Below are positions 39,625 to 47,738 of a stretch of 64,000 nucleotides of DNA, piece by piece (within the stretch, counting starts at the first letter, position 1; every line of letters begins with the position of its first letter). The position numbers were made by a program, and so were the translations under genes. The stretch covers positions 64,248-128,247 of the forward strand of contig CAZMHV010000004.1 in the NCBI GenBank assembly GCA_964566225.1, given 5' to 3'. This DNA is from an uncultured Gammaproteobacteria bacterium. GTDB taxonomy: Bacteria; Patescibacteriota; Patescibacteriia; Magasanikbacterales; UBA922. The notes below the pieces were generated by a model, which had not been told where the DNA came from, ran no database searches, and saw only the letters and a program-made list of their open reading frames with translations.

Positions 39625-39742
39625 ACGCACGTCTTGGTAAACCTGCGCTTGCCAAAGAAAATAATATTTTTATTCACTTTGGCAATATTCAATTGTAAGG
39701 ATCTTCACTCTCTACACCACATTCATTAGGCTGCTGTAACAT
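39625..39742 (+). repeat. 118-bp direct repeat, copy 1. It is identical to 46009-46126 and followed by about 100 bp of diverged similarity.
   Basis: Exact identity read in the sequence (ACGCACGTCTTGGTAAACCTGCGCTTGCCAAAG…GCTGCTGTAACAT). Confidence 0.9.
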
Positions 39743-40070
39743 CCTTCATCCAATTTTTCACTTTGCTTTTGTGAAACCAAAGTTACTTTTGCATTTGGGA
39801 CTTTCTTGTTGTAGTAGCGACTTGTTAAATTTGATCTGCATCAAATGTTGAAAGTTGTTGCTACATAATCTTGACAGGAATCTTTTTTTCTGTTAAAGTG
39901 TAAGTAACATGATAGTGTTCGTAGATAACTACGGATAACCTACCTTCGCAGGATAGTTCCGACTCAGTCGGGACTATTTTTTTATTTATCCACAGAAAAT
40001 GCCCTCACGGGACGTCCAACTTTAACTTTTCTTCAGGTACTTTGTGTTATGCTCACTTTCGGTGGACTCA

Positions 40071-40144
40071 AGGGCCCGTAGTTTAATGGTAGAACACTAT
40101 CATGCGAAGGTAGGGGCACGGGTTCGATTCCCGTCGGGTCCACC
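40071..40144 (+). tRNA. tRNA-Arg, anticodon GCG, with encoded CCA.
   Basis: Hand-folded cloverleaf. Acceptor GGGCCCG/CGGGUCC, D-arm GUUU…GAAC with GG, anticodon stem CUAUC/GGUAG with loop AUGCGAA, T-arm ACGGG-UUCGAUU-CCCGU, and a 3' ACCA. Confidence 0.85.
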
Positions 40145-40457
40145 ACCCAAAGCAATCTTGTAAACACAAGGTTGTTTTTGTTTAGAAAGAATTTCTCCCC
40201 TTCACAAACTTCAACGAATTGAAATTTCTGCAGGGTTGGCGAGTGAGTGCTTCTCTCTCGCCGACCGGTGCGTTTGGCTTCTCGCCGTGGAGGATACTGC
40301 TTCCTCTTGGCTCACCACTTTGTTCTTTTGGAACATGCAGGTGACTCATACCTTGATTTTCAGCATAGGATTTTGTGCTGAGTGAAACCCGTGAGTGGCA
40401 GCTTGTCCCGAGACCTTGTCGGTCTCTGAGTGGGATGTTACCAGGTTTCTGTGTGGT

Positions 40458-41420
40458 TTAGCCGCGGTCGATCTCAGCCTCGGGCAGGATGTGCCCGGCG
40501 GCTCGAAGCTCGGCCTGACGGCCGCCGTTGGTGAACCAATGGGGTGCGTCCTTGGTTACGCTATCCTGGCGGTACGGGATGGTTCCGTCCACCAGGGCGT
40601 GCGTGGCCCAGTACTCCCGGCTCTGGTTGCCGCGCTCGTTCGGGTCGCCCGGGAAGGGCTCCCCAATATGGCCGACGTAGGCCTTGTGCAGGGAGTAGCT
40701 GTCTCCCCTGCGTCGAAGAACGATGCTGAGATACTGGCACGTTTCGGCCTTACGGCCGCGGACGAACCGACCCCAGTTGTGCCCACCGAGATGGGCGTAA
40801 AACACTTCATCGTGGTCTCGAGTCTTCACGCACGCGGTTCGGCCGAAGCCACGCCGTCCAGAGTCGAACTCGCGCAGGACGTAGTCGGCGCCCATCCCTG
40901 GGGCCACTTCGTCGATTTCGATGACATTGACACAATCGACCATGAAGTCGTATTGCTTCAGTGTCATCGAGTCTTGGATTCGGGGAGCGATGTAGACCTG
41001 TTGGCCAGTGGCAGTCTGAACTACCTTCGGCCTGCGGGTCATCGACATCAGCCACTCTTCGGGGGTAGACCCCTGAAGCCATGGCCGGTCGAAGAACTTC
41101 TTCTTTGCCACCTCTGGGTTGGGAAACTGCTCAGTCGCCTCGATCAGGAGGAGGAACTCTCCCCAGCTGATTGTGTGTGTGTCGGAGTGATCCTGGCCAC
41201 GGGCCAAGATCTGGATCTTTTGGGATCCCTTCACTCCTTGGAAGAATTCGCCCCAGTGTCGAATCTCCCGGTTGAGGGGCCGCTCACCCGGGATGACCAC
41301 GCGTTGAAACATTTGGTTCTTTTGATTGAACCGATAGTTTTCTCCGAAGTTGGTGAAGTCTACGACCACGTCATGGGTTCTACAGAAGAAGTACACTTTC
41401 ATCTGGAGATTCTTGAACAT
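40458..41420 (-). CDS. Hypothetical protein (320 aa). It is the last gene of the AAA+/vWA cassette.
   Basis: Diverse composition. The overlapping plus-strand 372-aa ORF looks antisense. No confident motif. Confidence 0.5.
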   Translation of the reverse strand: MFKNLQMKVYFFCRTHDVVVDFTNFGENYRFNQKNQMFQRVVIPGERPLNREIRHWGEFFQGVKGSQKIQILARGQDHSDTHTISWGEFLLLIEATEQFPNPEVAKKKFFDRPWLQGSTPEEWLMSMTRRPKVVQTATGQQVYIAPRIQDSMTLKQYDFMVDCVNVIEIDEVAPGMGADYVLREFDSGRRGFGRTACVKTRDHDEVFYAHLGGHNWGRFVRGRKAETCQYLSIVLRRRGDSYSLHKAYVGHIGEPFPGDPNERGNQSREYWATHALVDGTIPYRQDSVTKDAPHWFTNGGRQAELRAAGHILPEAEIDRG

Positions 41421-41573
41421 CTTTTTTTCTCGACATGCCGGGGAACTGCCGGTGCAGTCGAAGCGTGCGTCTCAATTGCATTGCTTCGATCTCTTTTGCA
41501 AAAAAATTTGTAACAGAGATCGAAGGGGAAGGTGCATTTCCCTTCGAGTGCTTTGGCTCCTCATAGGAGCAGG

Positions 41574-42242
41574 TTAGAGGCGCGTGGTCACCTTCTCGAC
41601 GCGGTACCAGACGTACCGATCGAAACGGAAACCTTGGCCTCCACCCCCGCGAAACTCGATTTTCGCGTGGTCATTCTCCTTGACTGCCTCGCTCCGCAGG
41701 AGAGGGAGTTCCTTGGCGGAGAGGCGCTCGAAGCCTGCCTCGGGCACTATGGCCACGAGAGCTTCGAAGCCTCCATTCTGGAACTCCTGCTCCGTCTGCT
41801 CGGCGTTCGGAATGTCGCGGTGCGTGACCACCACATCCGAGCCGAATAGTCGAGCAAGCTCGGCAGTCTGCCGAGTGGTCGGGGCGAACCGGGAGAGCCA
41901 CATGATGCGTTTGTGGCCTCCCGAAACCGGCGATACCTCATCGAATTTCTTGCGGATCTCGAGGATCCGGTCGAAACCGAGAAAGGTGCTCCGTTCGTGC
42001 GACATCATTGGCCAGAGGGGAAAAACCCCCTTTCGGCAAAGTCCGTCGAGGATGCTGGTGGGTGCCACCAGCACGATCTCATCGAACTTGCCGGATTGTA
42101 TCCGAGCCATGATGTCGTTCACCCCATCCGGGCTGAACGGCCGATCGTCAATCGTGACGTCGACCTCTCCCATAATCCTTTGAAGCTCCTGCATCTTCCC
42201 TTCATCGGGGTGATGGCGTGAGAGCCAGAGGATTTTCTTCAT
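41574..42242 (-). CDS. Hypothetical protein (222 aa) made of two tandem homologous halves of about 105 aa (KKILWLSRHHP… and KRIMWLSRFAPT…).
   Basis: Internal duplication seen in the translation. The overlapping plus-strand ORF is S/R/P-rich and looks antisense. Confidence 0.5.
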   Translation of the reverse strand: MKKILWLSRHHPDEGKMQELQRIMGEVDVTIDDRPFSPDGVNDIMARIQSGKFDEIVLVAPTSILDGLCRKGVFPLWPMMSHERSTFLGFDRILEIRKKFDEVSPVSGGHKRIMWLSRFAPTTRQTAELARLFGSDVVVTHRDIPNAEQTEQEFQNGGFEALVAIVPEAGFERLSAKELPLLRSEAVKENDHAKIEFRGGGGQGFRFDRYVWYRVEKVTTRL

Positions 42243-43094
42243 AGCAGGGACCCTTTCGTAAATGTTTTCTCACCACACTAACCAAAATTTTTTTTGATCA
42301 AAGCGGTGAGGGGCTAACTTTTACATCGTTGCGCAACGACGTTTGCTAGCCCACCCGAGTGCATTCCATTTTGTCTTTTCCCTGAAAAAAAGACTTTAGC
42401 TACTCACCTCATTTTACTGAGGCTTTCAGGCTCTTGAAATTTCCTGCAAGGAAGTGCAGGGGGTGATTTTTCCGTTTGGAACCCATTCAAGAGTGCAGAA
42501 CTCGGCGCGTTGCCGAAAATTTGAACTTTCTTTGGTCTGCTGAAGAAAGTCGAGGTCGGATGGAGGTTTACCATCTTTTTCCCACCGAGGTAGGTAACTC
42601 TTTACGAGAAGGACACGACCATGCCCTTCAGGTAGGGTTTGCTTTGTTTGATAAAGCTTGCCGGGATTTTCACCCGCATCAGTGTTGGTCTTACACAGTT
42701 TCTGAAGATAACAGTAGCCCTGTCCAACAACGTGTATAATTTCCCCCAATTCGCGAGAGGGTAAGCCATACAAACTTAAGTAGACTGTCACGCCTACCAG
42801 ATGCCGAACCTTGTCACCCGGTTCGGTAGGATGGGATTTATTTTCTGTCGGTTCCCTTCCCGACTTTTAGCTTGGTGGATTCATTTTATTAGCCTCCTTG
42901 TAAGTGTTTGGGACCACCATTCTTTTTCCAAAAATTTTTTAGAAAAAAGATGCTGGGGGGGAAGTATTGTGCTTTCTTCCCCGTGTCAGTGTCCGAGTGC
43001 TTATCGGACGGGTCGCTCAGTCTCACGCGAGAAAGAGCAGAAAATTCCGTTTTATTTTTACAAGGTCTCGGGATGACCTTGTTCCTGGTTGAGT

Positions 43095-44504
43095 TTAGAA
43101 TCTGTCGATACCGACACCGCCCGTCGAACGGGCGAACTCGACCAATGATTTGTTCGCCACCTCCATGGCGAAGCCGTGGACCCGGGTGCCCGGGATTTCT
43201 GACTTCTTGAGAGAGGAAACGGACTTGTCATCGTCGGTCAGGAGAACGATCTCCGGCCGGTAAAGAGCTTCACCAGCCTTGATTTTTTCGTCCATGAATT
43301 TGTGGGCCGCGCGGACCGAGGCAGGAATGTCCGTGCCACCGCCCGTGAAGTTGCTCGCCGCGAATTTCTTGATAAGTTCGCGAGCTTCCGCAGGAGTAGC
43401 CGCGTGCATGACCTTCCCTAAGGAAGTGTCGAACACGCTAATCCACACTTCCGCGTCTCCGGTCAGGACTGCCTTGAGGCGGTTCATCACCACCCCGCTG
43501 GCCTTCCAATGCCTCTTGCCCTTCATCGACCCGGAGCCGTCGAGAAGGATGAAGATCGCCTGCCTTTTCTCCACCGTAGTGACTCGCTCCCGGACCTGGA
43601 GCTGACCACTCACCGCTTGGTAGAGAAACAAAGTGTGGTTTTGCTGCCGCGTCGCCCAGTCAGTGTGGCTCACACGGTTCAGCTCGCCCATGTGCTTGAT
43701 CGGTCGACGGCGAGTTTCCTCGCCTGCCAGATTCACTTCCTGCTTCTTCTGCTTGCGCGTCTGAAACGGGGTGAACTGATCCATCTGGCGGGAGATATCG
43801 AGCATCACCCGACGGTCGCATCCCGCCACGAGGTCCTCGGCCACCTGCAGCTTATTGAGCTGTTGGTGACCTGAACTCTGGCCATCAGTCTCAATCTCAT
43901 GATTCGCCCCGTCGGGGTCCATCATGTCGAGCTCTTCCTTGGAGAGACTTTCGACCATGTCCATGATCTCGTGAAGGGATTCGGCGACCCCCTCTGTTCG
44001 TTCTGATTCTGCGAAGATAGGGAGCGGCTCACCCCCACCTTCGCTAGCCGCGCCCTGCCCGCCCTTTTGCTGGCTCAGGAGCTTCAATAGCCCCATTGCC
44101 TGTTCGAGTGGGCTTGCGCCGGGGAACTTTGACAAGTCCACCGTCTGCAAGAAGTCGCAGACGTTCTGATGGTACCTCATCGAGTTCTCGGCGTGGGCGG
44201 TCACGGCCTCTGCACGATTGGTTGTACAGGTTTCATCCCCAAAAAGGCCTCGCACCTTGGTGGGGATCTGCCAGTTGCCATACGAGTCGGGAGCCGGCAG
44301 CTGCTCCTCAATTCGTCGCGTCACTTCGTCTCGGTAGCTCGACGGAGGGTTGACGCGTCCCCCCGCCGCCAGATTTGTGAGATCGGCCACAAGGTCTGGG
44401 GCGAACCCCTTGAGGCCAATCCTCCCCGCCATCTCCTTCATCTCCTCCTTTGACGGAGGAATGTAGGCAGCGGGCGGAGAAGTGCGGAACGTAAACTGGC
44501 TCAT
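43095..44504 (-). CDS. vWA-domain protein, CobT-like, with an acidic linker and a C-terminal MIDAS vWA domain.
   Basis: MIDAS motifs ILLDGSGSMKG, GGGTDI and LLTDDD. It is a paralogue of the 132..1820 protein. Confidence 0.7.
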   Translation of the reverse strand: MSQFTFRTSPPAAYIPPSKEEMKEMAGRIGLKGFAPDLVADLTNLAAGGRVNPPSSYRDEVTRRIEEQLPAPDSYGNWQIPTKVRGLFGDETCTTNRAEAVTAHAENSMRYHQNVCDFLQTVDLSKFPGASPLEQAMGLLKLLSQQKGGQGAASEGGGEPLPIFAESERTEGVAESLHEIMDMVESLSKEELDMMDPDGANHEIETDGQSSGHQQLNKLQVAEDLVAGCDRRVMLDISRQMDQFTPFQTRKQKKQEVNLAGEETRRRPIKHMGELNRVSHTDWATRQQNHTLFLYQAVSGQLQVRERVTTVEKRQAIFILLDGSGSMKGKRHWKASGVVMNRLKAVLTGDAEVWISVFDTSLGKVMHAATPAEARELIKKFAASNFTGGGTDIPASVRAAHKFMDEKIKAGEALYRPEIVLLTDDDKSVSSLKKSEIPGTRVHGFAMEVANKSLVEFARSTGGVGIDRF

Positions 44505-44738
44505 CTTGGTCTCCTCCCGCTTGCGCGGATTTTCTAGTTGAGTTTCTCGAAGCGTTTGCTTCGACCTTTATTTCAAACTTTTTTGTTTGATATACAGGTC
44601 GAAGGGTGAGCGTTGTGCATACTCACCTTCCAGTGCTTGCTCCTCGTAGGAACTTGGTTGATTTTACCAACCGTCAATGCCCATAGAGCCGGGATCAGCT
44701 TTCCAGGATTCAAGCCTTACCTGGAATGGCTTTCTTTT

Positions 44739-45840
44739 CTACAGGCGGGTGTGCTTGAGGCTGAGCTTCTGAGCCTCGGCCGACTTCTGGGAAGCAGCCT
44801 CCCGGAGCTGCTTGCGCTTTTCCGTGAGACCATCCGTGACCTTGAGATTGGCCACCTTGTCCTGGAAGGAGAGGAGCCGCAAAGCCGCCTGGTTGCACTT
44901 GACCGGACTCTGCGTCCGATCAGCCGCCTCGAGGTCAGAGAGCAAGCTGTTCAGCTCGCCCTCAGCCTCAACCAGCAACACCTCGGCCGTCGCCCGCTCG
45001 CTCGCCTTGTCGAGCTCGGTTTTCAGGTTCTCGGCCAAAGCCTCGAACCCATCGACGAACTTGAGGTCAAGGAGATCGACCTTCTCGACCTTGGCCGAAC
45101 CGCGCAGCGCTGCAGAGGTCTTGACGACTCCAAGCGCGTGCACGGCCGACCGCGGCGAGATGGGCCGCCCCTGCTCGGCGAGCTTGCCGAGCATCTCGGC
45201 GAGCACCGAGCTCATCCCGTTGAGGTCGGCTCCCGGCAAGCGGGGCGCGACCTTCACGAACAGCTCGCTGTAATCGGCCGCCTTATAGGACGGCCATTTC
45301 ACATTGAGTTGAATCGGGAATCGCTCGATCAGGGCGTGCGCAGCGGGGCCGAGCTCGCTGATTTCCGCTGGGTCTTTGTTGGTGAGGGCGATGATGACCT
45401 TCGTCTTCATCGCGAACACCTGTGACCCCTTTCGGAGCTTGCGGGCGGTCAGCGTGTCCTTGAGCGCGAGGAGAACCGACGCCGGAGCGTCAAAGAGCTC
45501 CTCGAACACCGCGTAGGGTCGCGCGAGGAAGCTCAGCTCCGGGAAGTACCGGAGCACCTTCTCGGTCTCGAGCGCCCGGAAGTCGAGGCCGCCCCAGAGG
45601 GTAGCCTCGTCCATTCCCTCCCCGAAGCTCTGAACGTGGACCTCGTTATCGAGGTCCGTGACGATCTCGGCCAGAGCGGTCTCTATCATCTCGGACTTCC
45701 CGTGCCCCCCGGGTCCCCAGAGGAGCACGTTTTTGCCCGACGTGATTGCCAGAGCAAGGACCCGGGCCAGGTCCTCACACTTGATGAAATCCCGCTCGAG
45801 GCGAGACTTCAACTTGTCGAAGAGATTAGTAACCACGCAA
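44739..45840 (-). CDS. MoxR/CobS-like AAA+ ATPase (AAA_5 type).
   Basis: Walker A LLWGPGGHGKS, Walker B/sensor VIIALTN, and arginine-finger region. GTG start 45840 with a GGAGG RBS 6 nt upstream. The longer ATG-initiated extension is probably not translated. Confidence 0.7.
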
Positions 45841-46008
45841 ACCTCCGTAGCGCGATTGTTGCGCCTTGGATTGGGCTTGCCCTGGGGAGGGCAAAGCACG
45901 TTTGTGTTTCTCCTCCCGCAGAGCAAAGCCCTGGTTTGGGTCCCCATTTCTATTTTTTTTCAAAAATAGTCAGGGAACCCAAACAGTTGCGTAATGACCT
46001 AATATTAA

Positions 46009-46126
46009 ACGCACGTCTTGGTAAACCTGCGCTTGCCAAAGAAAATAATATTTTTATTCACTTTGGCAATATTCAATTGTAAGGATCTTCACTCTCTACA
46101 CCACATTCATTAGGCTGCTGTAACAT
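46009..46126 (+). repeat. 118-bp direct repeat, copy 2 (identical to 39625-39742).
   Basis: Exact identity. Confidence 0.9.
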
Positions 46127-46906
46127 TTTTTACTCAATTTTTCTTTGGAGTCTTGTGAGGCTCAAAATACTTGTGAGTTCAAAACTTTCTTGTTGTAGTA
46201 GCGACTGCCTTTCCCTCTATACAATCTTGCGACTGTTTAAAGAGAAGGCGCACTCGGTACTACTCTCGTTCTGAGGCGAGTGTAGACTGACCGCGAGGGA
46301 GTTGCTGCTCGACTTTCGTCAAGGGCATCTATCAACCTCCGCCGGTTCTCTTAGTCCGGTCGGATGACCGGATCAAGAGCAATATCTTACCCGGTCATTC
46401 GACCGGGCAAGGGTTCAGAATTGAAAATTTCTTTCACCGATAGGAGTCTCTCTCCTTCACATTGGTCAAAGAAATTAGTTCATTGTAATGGTTTGGGGAC
46501 TCAACCTTTTTGCACCCTGTCTCGCTCAACTCTCTCTCTTGAGGGCAAAGCAGGTATTGTTTAAAAAGGGAATCGTGCAAACCGTTTAGTCCTAGACCCT
46601 TCCCAAAGGCAAGCATCGCTTTGGTACTTTTGATCAAGGTCTAAACGTTTTGCGCGAAAGTGTAAAAAACGCTCTTTCTGGTGAGAGAGCGTTTGAGTTT
46701 GGTAACTCTATCTGGGGCTCTCTCTTTCCTTTGATAGTTCAAGTGTTTGAGTTGTGGTTACCTGTTCTTGGTCTTTCAGCGTAACGAGCTAGTATAACAT
46801 AAAATCACAAATATGTCAATACTGAACCATGCATATACAAAATATATATATTAAATTTATCTAAATTTAGCTAAATATATAAAAACTCAATATGTAAAAT
46901 AACCAC

Positions 46907-46935
46907 TTGACATATTAATTCAAATATGGTATAAT
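46907..46935 (+). promoter_or_regulatory. Consensus sigma70-type promoter (TTGACA, 17 bp, TATAAT) for the TrmB-like gene.
   Basis: Perfect hexamers with a 17-bp spacer, 24 nt upstream of ATG 46959. Confidence 0.5.
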
Positions 46936-46958
46936 ACATGTACAATAAGCCAAAAAAT

Positions 46959-47738
46959 ATGATTGACCAAAACTTAAAAAACCTGCTGGTTGAGGCAGGA
47001 TTAGAATCAAGTTCTACAGAAATTTACCTTATTTTAGCCCAAAAAGGTGAATTAACCGTGTCTGAACTTATCAAAGACACATCGCTTTCTCGCACCACTG
47101 TTCACAGTGCACTCATGGATTTACTAGTCAAAGAGCTGGTTTTATACCGCAAAGAGGGGAGAAATGCCTACTATAAACCAGCACACCCCAGTGGATTAAT
47201 GCGCCTTTTGGAAGAAAAAAAGCGTCAACAAAGCCAATTTGAAGCGAGTTTCCAAGAGGGCCTTGGTTCCTTGGCCGGTATGTTTAACCTGGCCAACAAC
47301 CGTCCTGGGGTGCGATTTTATGAGGGGAAAGAGGGGGTTATTGAAGCGTATGAAGAAATTTTGACGCTCGGTGCGCCTATTGAAAGTATTGAAGACAAGG
47401 GAGAAATGGCTGAATTTATTCCTGAGTATTTTCCCAAGTTTATTCAAAAAAGAATTCAAAAGAAAATATTCAACAAGGTGGTGGTTCCTTCGAGTAATAC
47501 CATCAATGTAAACAGCCCAGAAGAATTTCGTGAAACGAGAAGTATTGATGTTGCACAGTTTCCTTTTTCTATGGATATAAAAATATGTGGAAACACTGTT
47601 CTTTTGGTAACTTTAAAACAAAAACAGGCCATTGCCATTCGCATAGATGACCCGCTTATTGCAGAAAATTTCAAAATTTTATTTCAGTTTTTGTGGAACT
47701 CTGCCGCAATATCTCATGCTCCTGCTTCTGTCTCTTGA
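46959..47738 (+). CDS. TrmB-family transcriptional regulator.
   Basis: N-terminal winged HTH (TEIYLILAQKGELTVSELIKDTSLSRTTVHSALMDLLVKELV). An alternative ATG lies at 46938. Confidence 0.6.
   Translation: MIDQNLKNLLVEAGLESSSTEIYLILAQKGELTVSELIKDTSLSRTTVHSALMDLLVKELVLYRKEGRNAYYKPAHPSGLMRLLEEKKRQQSQFEASFQEGLGSLAGMFNLANNRPGVRFYEGKEGVIEAYEEILTLGAPIESIEDKGEMAEFIPEYFPKFIQKRIQKKIFNKVVVPSSNTINVNSPEEFRETRSIDVAQFPFSMDIKICGNTVLLVTLKQKQAIAIRIDDPLIAENFKILFQFLWNSAAISHAPASVS

Noticed and set aside
40395-41513. 372-aa plus-strand ORF.
   Set aside because: It overlaps the 320-aa minus-strand gene. It is A/L/G/V-rich with no RBS and is the antisense frame.
41584-42183. 199-aa plus-strand ORF.
   Set aside because: S/R/P-rich antisense of the 222-aa internally duplicated gene.
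45841-45947. ATG-initiated N-terminal extension of the AAA+ gene (MGTQTRALLCGRR…).
   Set aside because: Composition is odd and it has no RBS. The GTG at 45840 is preceded by GGAGG at ideal spacing.
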